A stretch of 64,000 bases of DNA from Aplysia californica (taxonomy: Eukaryota). The notes under the pieces were generated by a model that had not been told where the DNA came from, did no database searches, and saw nothing but the letters and a program-made list of their open reading frames with translations. The stretch is from assembly GCF_000002075.1 (NCBI RefSeq), contig NW_004797392.1:829936-893935 (forward strand). The letters are read 5' to 3'. Positions 47,699 to 61,300 of the stretch are shown here, piece after piece. Both the position numbers and the translations under genes were made by a program. How positions within the stretch are numbered: the stretch's first letter is position 1; every line of letters starts with the position of its first letter.

Positions 47699-49241
47699 TA
47701 CAACACTTTATTATACTAGTAAACCCTCTTCCGATGAAAAAAGCGCTGCAGTCATAGTAATGGCATGTTGTAAACCTTGTTTCCAGATTGCCTGATCTTG
47801 ATATCAGTAGTGCCTGATCCCTGAAATCTACTACTTTCATTTCATAACCTGCACACAATAATGGGTAATGCTTTCTCTTGAGCAAAGAGTCAAATACTGG
47901 AGAATAGCTTATGCATGAGCAAACGCTTTCAATGGGCACACCTAGCAAGCCATCTATAATAGTGAAAATCCTACAAACAGTCATACATTTGGTAAAATTA
48001 ATTACTGAAGGTATCAAACTAAAGTAGAAATGGACAATTTGTATGCTTGTATAAACACAATGAATATATGATGAGCAACCATACCTGGTACGGATAATGC
48101 TTTGTAAATGTTGCATATGTTTATGTTTTTCAGCATAAAGAGACAGCAGCAGGTCTATTCTTGTATATATATATACACAAAGTATCACAGCAGTACAAGA
48201 TGAATATTTAATATTTACTCAAAATGTAGAGAAAATTGCATAGGCTGACAGCAGATGGGACAGGAACCGCAAGCAATGTCAAAATAGTAACAGCAGTACT
48301 AATGAGTAATTCATTCACACGCGCCAAGCATTACACTATTTAATCAGTTTCTACAATGCTGAAAGTACTGAAAGTAAAAATTAAAAAACCCAAAAACATT
48401 TGCTTATTTTAATGCTTGACATTACTGCAAGCTGCCTGTCGTTATGAATTTGGCGGGATCAGTATGATATTCAATTTTACGAAAATACGATCATAAAACC
48501 CCCTCATTCCGATTTTTTTTTAAAAAAGGCTACCCGAACCTATTGCCAACCTTCCCGGTGTAGAAAGAAAGAAAAACTACCAGACCCGGACAGTCTACAT
48601 CATTACATCACGTGCAGCTGTCTAACTTTAATACTGTCTTTGCATTGAGCCCTTGTAGTTGCCCAAAGCCACTTTGCCCAGAGACAATTATTAGACGTTA
48701 GAAGTGCCAAATTCAAGAGTAAGGCAAACGTTAGGTCGATATGGTGTTACAAAATTCCCACCCTTTGGATTGTGGGCGACAGCCTAGGCCAATGAGAGGA
48801 ATTTTTTTGAGAAAAGGTATTTGTCTGCGCTAACAAGAACCCAAACATAGGCAAAACCATGAGTACAGATTCATGCTCTGAATAAAGAATCATAAAGGAG
48901 AGGTAGGCTTCTGTGAAAAAGCTATGGGCAACATTCTTTCTTTGAAGTGGAGTTGATTTTAAAACAACATCACATTTGAATTATGACACTGCAACCATCA
49001 TGAATCCCTCATTGATATGCAACATTTATCATCTAAACATGCAATGAGATTCCATTCTTAAGTCTAAACAAATTCAAAATTTAAAAAAAGATAAAGAAGA
49101 AAAAAAATGAAACTGCAAACATCCAGATATCTAGTCTGAGAATATCTTTCTTACACTGATTCTCTTGCTGCAAGACCACAATTCAGAGGCACAGCAGTCA
49201 AATTCATTTAAAAAATCCACAGCCAATTCAAAAAGCTTGTT

Positions 49242-49398
49242 TCAGTCTACATAAAAGTCAAAAGGATCGTCTTTGTTCACACGCAGAGTAGGAGGAGTTG
49301 GTTGGGGTGTCTCTTCAAGTGGGTAGCAGTGAAGCATTTGGTATTCACTTGGTCCTCCCCAGTCTACCTTCACCTTCTTGTTTTTCTCGTGTCGCAAT
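49242..49398 (-). CDS. WD40 gene last exon LRHEKNKKVKVDWGGPSEYQMLHCYPLEETP...FDFYVD*
   Basis: CAG acceptor, phase 2 matches the previous exon, TGA stop. Confidence 0.83.
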
Positions 49399-52300
49399 CT
49401 GAAAAAGAATTGAAAAATAAAATCGTCTTCATTTCGGTGGAACACAGAATAGTGTTCAAAGGCACAGCAAGGTATCTACGTCTGAAATGGCTGTATGTCG
49501 CTCAGCGTTAGGATGGCAGTATAGCCCTGCTGCTGGTGAATCTAATAACATAATATGCACTTCATGCAAGATAGCCAAGCTATGAACCTTGTACTTTCCC
49601 TCAAGAGATATTCCCTAGCAAACACAAGGTATGCTGGTGACCCAGTGGCGATGGGAATGTAGTATACTTTTGATGACAATTGGGGTTTGTGGTTTTTTTT
49701 TGTTTTTTAGGGTTAATTAATTTTTCAGTTGATAGGAAATTTTTAATTTTGCCCTATGGTGGCGGCCAAATGTACCCTACTGTTATCGATTTTAGGACCA
49801 CCAAAGGATCTTTAATGTGTTCAATTTGAACACAGGATCTCCGAGATTTTTCGCCCTCATTGAAGAAGGCTAGGTGTTAGATCTCACCTACCATAAGATC
49901 AGGGGCGCGGAAGAAAGACAGCAGAGAGAACAAGCCGAGGAGTAGCAGTAGAAAGGCTGCAGAAAGAGTCAGGAGCCTAGAGGAGGGGGCAAAGGGAGGG
50001 GAAGAGGGCAGAGAGAGGAGATTAAAGCAGACGACAGAGCATGGTTAGAGAGCAAGAAAGGAGGTGAAAGAAGAAAATTTAAGAGAAGAAAATTTGCCGT
50101 TACAGTCTGGATTTGAACTTGGGACCTATTGCAAGAGAGGCAAAATCCATTACCTCTAGACCATGAGAGCCTCCCTGAGAATTGTTTGAAATGCTGACAA
50201 CATAAAATTCAATAACTGATTAAGCTAAAAATTCCTGGGAAGTTAATGACAATACTAATCAAGATTTACAAGACAAAAGTGTTCTTGCAAATACTAAAAT
50301 CAAAACACTCTTTGGGGCACAGACTCAGGCCTACACTAAAATAATCCAACTCGCTCATCTCTTCAGCACATTTTTTTTTCATGATGTCGAGAAAAGAGAC
50401 CTTCGAAAAGAACTAAATGAACAGTCTAATAATAATAGAATCAATCCGCTGAATATATATGAAAAGACCAATTCTACAAAGAAGAACAGAAGCACACCTA
50501 TAGATCAACTTGTTGATCATTATTTTTCAAAACATCATCTTTTGTCATTGGTCATTGTATAGATTAAATGACCCTTCCAACTCTGTAAGGTTATTAAATA
50601 AGCAGGACCTGTGAGTTAAGGTTTATCTCCAATAGGATAGCTTTAAAAATCCCTACAACAACCCAACGACAGCAGAATTGGAGAAAAAGATTCAGACAAC
50701 AGAGATGACATGATACCGAAAACTCCTTGACATCTCATACAAGGACCACATTTCAAATGCCGAGGTACGAAACATAATCACAAAAGCAACATGAAGATCT
50801 TCTGACCACAGTGAAATGACGAAAATTAAAACTGACAAAACAATCATACAAGGAACCGTACAAGGAAAGAGAAAGAGAGAAAGGCAGAGAAGGAGATGGG
50901 ACGACAACATCACAGAGTGGACAGGGAAGACGATGGGTGACAATATGAGGAAAGCAGAGGACAGAGAGAAATGGCGAGAGCCGGTTGTCAGATGCAGTGG
51001 GGCCACAGCGGTTGCCCCAACCACGGGATAGAAGAAAAAGAAGAACAAGAACAAATACAAGACCATAACCCAACTTCAAAACATTCCTGTCAGGATTCAA
51101 ACCAGGGCCATCAACTCCCTAGTCCAGAATGATACCAACTGAACTAACGGTGAGCCCTCTCGAAACATTGCAGACATTGATATCTTTATATCATAACGCA
51201 AAAAAGATTTATAGGATTTGAGGGCCGACCCTAGTCTTCTAAAAATAGAGGAAAAAAGACAAGTTTTTATAAGTCCGTGTGTAACTCTAAACTATTTGAC
51301 GTTTGCCTACCGTTTCCCAGTTCCTGTGTCGAAAGGTCGACTCTCCAGCATAGCCTTAATCATGTCATCGTCCACAACGTAGGTCTGCTTCATTCCATAT
51401 GTGACTTGTGGAGACACACTTCTTGGGCTCTGAAATATGCAAAGATGTAATCCTTGAACATATTCTAACACTTTTCTCCAATTATATTTTTGAACGAGGA
51501 AGTGAAAAAAAGTAGTTATCAGGAAGGCAAATTCAAAACTCAAAATGACACTGAAATTCCCAGGTCTCATGCATTTGATTTGTATTTTCACACAATCTCT
51601 CTCTCTATATATGCCTAAAAATTATGCCTCCAACAGCTAACCAACTGAGTAATTCTTCCTTTTAAAACTCTGTATTCATTTAGTAATCCGGAACACAAAA
51701 CAGGCTGGATGACCCATCAACAGGCCATTAATGCGCTCCACAAAATGAAAAGGATAAATTTACACAACATCCATTTTAGTAAAACATCTTTATAAAAAAC
51801 AACAACAACAAACAAACCTGTTCTCAGTCTCGCAATTAGAAGAAAGAGCAATAACACATTACCTTAGAATCATCCCTGGTTGAATCCTGATGGATGATCT
51901 CTAAGGTGGACTGCTTCTCCAGCAAAACAGGGTGAGTGGGTAAGCTCATGGGGTCAACCAGTACATCGTAGGGCACCATGGGATGTTGGTATGTAGCTGG
52001 GTTGTGAAGGTCCCACTGCTCCGGCTGGCCAAGAGTACCTGGAGGACAGTTTGTAGAGAGAGGTTTTTTAACCCTTTTTGAGCAATACCGGCCTCAACCG
52101 GCCTTCCCATCATGTTGCCACACCCGCTTTTACCAGCTTTCCCGCTGTTGAGCCATATCGGCTTTCACCGGCCTGACACCCCCCCCTTTAGTGCAGGCTT
52201 AGAAATAAGAACATTCCACTCTAAATTTAGACGCTGATGTCCTAGGTCTTGGTTTGTGACATTTCATTAGAAAGTATGGCTAAGATCAAAAGTAAAAGCA

Positions 52301-55300
52301 ATTTTTTTGCTGAACCTCTGAAAAACATTGAAATAATTTGGTTCTGGGAAGCCATCAGGTGGCTGCCATTCAATTTTTGGTTCTGCTCCGCTGATCTGCT
52401 GTGTATGGTGCTAAGAGGGTTGAAGAAACAAAGAGCAAAATTTACAGTTACAAGCACACCAAAGTGTGCATTCAATGTGGAGAAGGGTACAGGTAAAGTA
52501 CCGTAAAGTACATTCAGATGCGTGTGTGTGTGCTCGCGTCAGTTACGTGGTAACCGCCACTGAGAGGGATTTCAACAAACACTGGCTTCGATGTATTCCA
52601 GGGACATAATTCATCCCCACTCCCTAAGAACCAAGTTGACACAAAGTTTTCGAGCATTGGTTGTTTGAATCTAGATGTATAATATCTATACACACTGTGT
52701 ATCAAGGTATCAAATATCTTTGGGTGCAAAATAACTATTTTTGCCCAAATTCAAATAAGTGAAGTTCCATTAGAGCACAAACAAATTGAGTTTTCTGAGA
52801 GATGCAATGATTAGTGAGAGGATTAAAGGGAAAAAAAAAGTAAAAACTAACGTTGCAGGCACGTCGAGGAGTGTGTTGAATGTGGGGATGGGTACAGCAT
52901 ACAGGTAAAGTAACTCAAGTGTACATTCGGGCCAATGGGGTGTTAGCCTCCACACAAAAAGGATTATAACCAAGACTGGCAGCATTGTATTCCAGGGATG
53001 CAACTGGAATTTCTGAGAGATGATTAGCTCACAGTTTGTAAAGAGTGGTATGTGAAATGGCATAGATTCAAAGCCACTATCAACACAATAGGTGATTTAA
53101 ATTAAGAGGCGGGACCTCCGAGTTTAAAGTCTGTCTCCAAAAGGACTAAGCCAAATAGGAAATTCAAGTCAAGCGCCTTTCCAAAGGACACAGGCTGAGG
53201 CTTGAACACCCCAACCTGCATCTCACAATAAAGGGTCCTGTAGCTTAGAGAGACATTTAAAGCAACAAAAAGTCAAGTTTAAAGTTACACATACTAAGGA
53301 GTGCATTGAATATGGAGAAGAGGTTATAAGGTGTTAAGAAACAACCTTCGGCCCTTGCCAGATATGATCTAGCAACATAAAAGGCTGACACGCATACTGG
53401 TAGGGGGGACCCACTTTCACTACAATAACATGTCATCGTTGGCATACACGTAATTTTATATTTCGAACACATACATTTGCAGAACTGGATAATGTATACT
53501 TTCGTACACTTTCATGAGATAATGGCAGGAAGTATGGATGCACGTACCAACGTAGTGTCCCTCGGTGGTCCACAGGCGTACGGTGCAGTCGTTGGAGGCT
53601 GTGATGAGAACGTTGGAGCTCTCCACCAGATCCATGCTGGAGACGCTCTCCACATGACCACGCCACTTGCGCAGCACTGGAGAAGGAGAGGATTTACTTT
53701 TAGTTTAACCCTATCCGTACGTCTTGTTTTACTATCGTATCCATACGACGTGGGGAACTCTGTGCCACCAGTTTCCAAAGAGGAAATTTACTCGTTAATC
53801 CGATCTATACGCTTTGCATAGCAGTCTGTCAAAATTAATTTTTGAGAAATACTGAAAGTATCAAAGAGATCTTCGTACTAGAAGTATTCTAAAAAGTGAA
53901 GAATACAACCCCAAGGGTACAAAATGACCCCAGGGTGTACAGATAGGGTTATCAAGCATAGTTTTAGGATACTTGCAACACAAATAGGTCATATAAGTGC
54001 CAGCGATTATAGATCTAGGTGTTACTAGAGAGTACCATGCAAAGAAAAGAAGATAGAGAGATAAAGACGACAGATGTTTTATTGAAAAGAAGGAGAAAGC
54101 CATACTAGAGCACCTGCCAACCACACATNNNNNNNNNNNNNNNNNNNNNNNNNNNNNNNNNNNNNNNNNNNNNNNNNNNNNNNNNNNNNNNNNNNNNNNN
54201 NNNNNNNNNNNNNNNNNNNNNNNNNNNNNNNNNNNNNNNNNNNNNNNNNNNNNNNNNNNNNNNNNNNNNNNNNNNNNNNNNNNNNNNNNNNNNNNNNNNN
54301 NNNNNNNNNNNNNNNNNNNNNNNNNNNNNNNNNNNNNNNNNNNNNNNNNNNNGCACAGAAGGGGGTGGGGGTGCAAGGGGGGGGGGGGAGAAGATGAAAA
54401 TACATGTAACTGTCTTCTGCACTGTCTAAGAAAATACATTTTATAACCTTTCTTGACTTGAATCTTGAGGGGAAAAAAACATCAATATGAGACTTCAAAA
54501 ATATATGTATGTGAATGAAAAGCAAAAGCTGAGAAACATACACTCCGGGGGCTGCACTGCTGGCTCTGTGAGGCAGTAGGTGGCAATGTCCCACACGTAG
54601 ATGAAGCCAAAACTGTCACTCGAGAAGAGCAAAGTGTTGTTGCTGTTGCTGAGCAGGTGAGACACCATCCCCCCTTTGACCTTTGACTGAGAAAAAAAAA
54701 CGAACAGTGGGAAAATATTAAAAGTGAAAATTAAAACATAAAAATGTTGACACATCAACGGGTAAATATCAAAACACTACTGTTAGTAATGCTTTAGAAC
54801 AATTGGAGTGTCAGTATTTTTATTCAATATGGTGCAAAGCATCTTTTTTTACTTCTTTCAAATACCATTTTAATTCAATTCTCTCACGTTCATAACATTT
54901 TGGCAATTGCATTAGAAGAATTTCACAGGACCATTGGAGATGTGATAAAAAACTGAAAAGTCTCCAATTTACATTTTAGATCAGGACTTGACTATATCCT
55001 CCACATTTTAGTACCATTTTGACATATCTCCATAAAAGAAATTTGTCAAATCATAGAAGTCATGCTGAAAAGTAAATGGTTGACAAAGTGATAACATTGA
55101 GGTTAAAGATTACAATTTCACAATAGATTAAAATTATGAACTGATAGGAAGTGAGAGAACCAAGCTAGGCTTGACTTCACACTTTTAATGTTCTCAGTCT
55201 TTAATTGAAATCAAGCTTCACGAAACTCCTTTAAAAATAGCTACAGTAAATGATAAATTACAATTCTGATGAAGTATATAACATCTGTAACCCAGAATAG

Positions 55301-58300
55301 GAACACCTTCATAGTTAACATTGAGGCTGCTTCCATGAAATATATGCCAAAATAAGTACCAACATAAGTGACTGGAGGACACCAGCAATTGGATCTATTC
55401 CGTGTATATATACTCATCATTTCTGTCCATTGTCCTTTTTCTTCTAAAACTACGAAAAATGTGCTTTTGTTTCATTCAAACAATCACACACATGTCATTT
55501 CACTGGGTTTACGGGAAGTCTGCATGGTCTTCGCAGATAATGTTAGCATTAAGAGGCTAGCCCAGGATAGAGAAAGGTTGAAAGTGTTTGTTCGTGGCCT
55601 GTGCCCGGATCTAGAGTGAGAGAGGCAATGATGATAATGATGAAATAACATTAGCAGTAGGATTCAAAAGGAGCAGACCAAAACAAACATGCTTCGTATA
55701 AACGCCACCTGATACTTACACCCTCAAACTGAGCCATGAGGCTTCCTCCTTGAAACACGTTCCAGACATGAATGTGTGCCCGCGGCCCACTTGCCACTAG
55801 AGTGCCAGCATCTTTCTTGTAGGCCCGAGTGTGCAAGAACATCAGCTTCGAAATACTGAGGTCCCCATCCACTGCCACCATGAAAAGAAAGGACGATAAT
55901 TATGAGTGAGATAAAACTGAATCTCGATTGCCCGTGCACTTAAGAAATGCCAGAATGTAAGTGCTTATAACACCACAACTCTGTATATTAAAAAGTTCTT
56001 CATGGTCACTTTTAGATTTTGTACCAAAAAAAGGGCCCCAGGACAGTGGGTTTATCCCCCCTCGAAGATAAAGAGTTAAAAATTGATCAACTTTCGCACA
56101 AATGTTGTATCCAATTATATTCTCAACTTGAAAATTAGAAATGCCCACAATAGTAAATATTTACATCAGAAAAACATACATATATCATCGGCTAGCTGTT
56201 CAAAAGTACTAGGCCCTAAATTTTAATTTTAAAAAATATATATTGTTTTGTAATCTGTGGTATTAGTTAGTAGTAGTAGTATAGGGTTTTACGGCGCTCG
56301 CAACTGCACGAGCTCGAGAAAATATTTAATAGGTAACCAAACTTCAAATTCTGAAAGTCGAGAAAAAAAAGTACGGAAAATACATTTTAAAAAGTAAAGT
56401 TTTTTCTCCTCCCAAAATTTTTTGCTTTCTGTGTTCAGGGAAGCATTTTAACAGCTTGCTGACAATACATCATAGGTATATGTATAAGCAAAAAAGTAAT
56501 CCTCTCCTGCCTCAAAAGTAGCCAAATGCTGCAATTTTCAATATTAAGAGAGCATCCTTCTTTACTTCCCCTTTCACAAAAAAGTATATCAATTCAGTCC
56601 AAAAAAAACCAACAACCCCAAAACAAAATAATACACCCAAAAAGAGCAATAACTGTAAGCACATGGTCACCTACATGATTGATCTTCATATCCTGGTGGA
56701 GCTGGGGGGATAAGGTGGCAGAAGATGTGTCCTGAGACCATGTTCCAAACAATGACCTCTCCGTCATAGCTGGCCGTCGCTAAGAGATTGGGCAGACACT
56801 GAGCCACTGCCATCACGTCTTCCTTGTGACCATCTCTCTGAAATAATAATTGATATTAAAATAATAATAACAATACTACTACTATTACTACTAATAATAA
56901 TATTAATAATAACAATAATAATAATAACAACAATAATAATAGTGAGTTTGTATGTGCGTATGTAAGTATGTGTGTATGTATGTGCGTATATGTGTGTGGT
57001 GCGTGCATGCGTGAAAATTTTTGGGCACTCGTTTGTAATACTATGTGCCTTTAAAATTGATTTGTAAATCCATAATATGTATCATGTTAAGCGCATAGAG
57101 CATTGCATAAGTGGATATGCGCTATATAAATGCTATCCATTATTTATTAATAATAATAATAATAATAATAGATAGCATTAGTATAGCTTCAATTCCTGCT
57201 CTACAGCAAGCTCTATGTGCTTTACATTCTATATTATTACCCTAGCAGACCTGATAGCATTCTGAAACAATCTCAATTTTCTGGGAAGCATACAGTGCAA
57301 GCTGCCATTTTTTATAAGCAACACGCTGCATTTTATGTTTGGAGAATACGGAGCAACATAAAGTGCTCCATGCCCATATTTACTCCATTATATTATAACA
57401 AAAACAAAAAGACCTCATTTGGTATGCGTGATAAACAAAGGAAACCAGAACGCTGCTCCAACCCAGCAACAGAAAAATCTTGATGAAAGCATCAACACGG
57501 TTTTCCAAATCTTCTTTACCACTATATCTCCACACAAAATAAGAGCTGTCAAAACAACAGTAAAAAAACCTGGAAGTAATTAAACCCTATCCGTACGTCG
57601 TGTTTTACTATTGTATCCATACGATGAGGGGAACTCTGTGCCACCACTTTTTAAAGAAGAAATTTACTCATTTATCCGATCTGTACGCTTTGCATAGCAG
57701 TCTGTCAAAACGATTTTTTGAGAAATACGGAAAGTTTCAAAGAGAACTTCTTACTAGAAGTATTCTAAAATGTGAAGAATACAACCCGGGGGGTACAAAA
57801 TGAACCCAGGGCATAAGGATAAGGTTAAACAGTGTCCTTCTCTTCAACTTACAATATCATCGTTCCAATACGGAGTGGGATGCTGCACATGATGGATGTT
57901 GTTGTCGTTGTACGAGTCATAGTAGATGTTGATCCGGCGATCCCATCCAACAGATATCACGTACCTGAAAAGACAATTTTTCGTTGCTGGCTTTAGAATT
58001 ACATTTGTATGTATCTGCAATATCAATGACTGAACAGTTAATTGCAATGTGCACTTACCATACGGAAAAAAACTTATATTTCATTTTTCACCATTTTCTA
58101 TTACCTGGTTGTATACTGATGGTACAATTTAACAAAACAAGCAATAATTGCACAAACTTAGGAACAGTTTTAAATCTGAAGCAAACCATGAAGGTTGGTG
58201 ATGCTTATTTTAAAAATCCTGCAACGACCAAAGTGTATGCGCAGATATAAATACCTTTTTTAACTGTGGATTTCATTTGACCTGTAAGGAAAACATTGAA

Positions 58301-61300
58301 CTACTAATAAAATTGGAAAAGATTTCTTCCACTGTACAACATTCAACTGAAGTTATTACAATAAGTTATTTCACACCACACACAGCATTGTTTCAGGACC
58401 CTGTTTTATCATACGAGTTCTGTTGGGTAGTAATCGTTCGGATCTTGACTACCAGTTCAGTCTTTAAGTAAACACAAAGCTAAAATCAATCAGTTGTACA
58501 GCAACATCAGCACATGACATGAAAACACAACACTACAGGACAGACAAGGAAAGTCCCTGAAAGATAAATGAGTCAACCTTCTAAAGTATCAACAAACCAG
58601 ACTCTGTTTCATTTTTTAAAGTTTTAGTAAGAGTTTCACGGCACTTGCAAAACAATAAGGTCATACAAGTGCCGAAGAATAGAAGTCTTACAAGAGAGTA
58701 ACAAACACAAAAAAGGAGGAGAGATAAGGAAGATAGATGTCTGATAGGAAAGAAAGAGCAAACCACACCAGAACACCTGCCAACCACTTGCAGACTCTGT
58801 TTCAATACTATAATCAGGAATACAATCCTCAACACATCAGCAGAAGCCTCTTGTACCATCATACAGGGAGGTAGTACTGAATCAAAACTAGAAAAGGATA
58901 AATTGCTTGCGGACTCACCTATTTTTGTTCATCTCAATATACGTCACATCGCAAATTTCATCGCTGCTGGATTCTGAATAGAAAAAGAAAAAAGTAGATC
59001 ACTTTATGGACACTGGAAGATGAAGGGTGGAAATAAGTATAAAAGCATACTTTTTTTTCATGACATGTCAAGACCTATGTTAACATTTTCACATTAAAGC
59101 AACATATATTCTTGATATGGGTAGAAAGATTTTATTCGATGCACAAATGAATGAATCTTATCAGGCCCCCACCCAACATACACACAAACACACAGATGAA
59201 CACACACACAAACGAACACACACAGTCAAAAATTCCTCCAAACCAACAAATCTTCTTCGGTTTATTACACAAACTGAGAACAAAGTTAGTAGAGTAAATT
59301 TGGTCAAGAGTGTGACTAAACTAGAAGTGCAAACTTCTCCTTCATCCAGATTATGCATGTGGGAAACATTACAAGGCCACCATTCTTTGATATTGGATAG
59401 AAATTTGTGTAAAAACACACTTGAGCCTTCCATTCCAAACTTACTTAACCTACAAGGCACACCCACAGTCTCCACAGTCAGAGGGCCACATTTGTGTTGC
59501 TTTGACATCACTCAGGAAAGATGATTTTAACTTATTCTTAGAATCATCATCATCATCATTGCCTTTCTCACCCTGGATCAGTATAATATAGGCCACGAAC
59601 AAACACTTTCCACCTTTCCCTATTTTTAGAATGGGGATCCAAATCTACTTTTGCCAAAGTTTGTTTGTTTGTTTGAAAAAGACACAAACCCACCTGAATC
59701 AGACTTTCCTTTCTTCTTAAGCACCCGTAGACAGTGGCCATTGTTATAATTCCAGATTCTCAAGATTCCGTCTCTACCCCCTGTGATCAGCCTGAAGGGT
59801 TGAGGGAAAGAAAAATCACAAAGATCAGTAACGGAGAAAAGAATCTCTGAGTACATCTGTAGTGTATATGCATGTTTTATCCTTTTAAGAAAAAAAATAT
59901 ATATATTTCTCTGCACTAAATCATTTGAAAGGTTTTGTTGCTGGATCATGAAACTTATAAACAAAAAGGCACAAATCGAGAAGAAAAAAAGCGGTGACCA
60001 CAAACATAATACAATAAATCAACTTTGCAAGTTAAGTAAGTGTGTGGGTTTGATGTCCCTTTCATTACTGTAAGGTTATTTAAGAGGCAGAACCTCTGAA
60101 TTTAACATATATTTCCTACAGGATCAAACAAAATGAGTTGAGAGTCTAAAAAATTCAAGAAAATGACCAAAGTTCAAGAGCACCCTTTTTAAAATTCAAA
60201 CTAGGGCCATTCTCTCCACTTTACAGCAAGATACCAACTGAACTAATAGAGTGCCCAATTTTATATAGTGCCTCACACATACTTTAAAAATTCTATATTG
60301 CTTGTTCCCCCCCAAAAAAAAACCCAACAACAACAACAACAACAACCCCACATCAAATATTGCAATCCTGTAAATCCTTCATAATAATATAAAAATCCAA
60401 ATTCAAAACAAGTAGTTAGCGTTTCATATTTTTCTTGACCATTGATGAACATTCTTTGACCTTAAAAATAACCCATCATATGATTTTTAAATTATACAAT
60501 ACGCGTTTCAGAAATATTTGAATAACTACAAGCATGAGTCACACAGAGTTCATCTCAAATACTGTCACAAGGATAGGGTGTGCTGACCTTCGACCTGTAT
60601 TGTCAAAGGTCATACATGTAATGGCCTCCTCTCCATGGGCCTCTCCAAACTCAAAGATGGCTGAACCAGTCTCAAAGTCCCATAATTTTATCACCTGAAA
60701 GACAAATTTAAGAAAAATTGAAATAAAAAAACACAACAATAACTAAATATCAACAACGCTCGAGCATGTTAGCTTTTATCATGCAAAACTGAAAAAAGAA
60801 TAAAGGGCAAATTACACGTTTTTAAAATGGTGATTATGTGTTCTTTCAGAAATGGGGAGCTAAATAGGCCAACAATGCAAATTTGCGAACTGTAAAAGTG
60901 TGTGTGAGCAAAGCGACATATCGATTATGTTTCGTATTCATGACATTTTTCTCCTAAATAACTTTGACACATGAAAGGAAATTTACATATTTGTGTTCAG
61001 TATTATTTCCTCTTTTGAAATGTTATTCCTTTTTTCACACTGAGGGGGGTTTTGTCTTTCCACTCATTTGTATTTTCTTTTTTTTTCTTTTGAGTCAGAC
61101 GTATGTACATACAGATCTGTTGTCCTCATACCATTTTATTTGAATAGTATACTGATTCTTCCATTTTACTTTAGAAGTGGTTACCAACATGATGGCCAAG
61201 ACATAAAACATGGTTAAACAAATCGGAGTAAAACACCTAGGATTTCATTGACCATTCACAAATAATTTTCACAAATACTTCTGCTCTCAACTCAGTCCCC

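Noticed and set aside
47664-48188. 174-aa minus-strand ORF between OCIAD1 and the WD40 gene
   Set aside because: AT-rich with no domain-like features or splice support; probably 3' UTR or intergenic.
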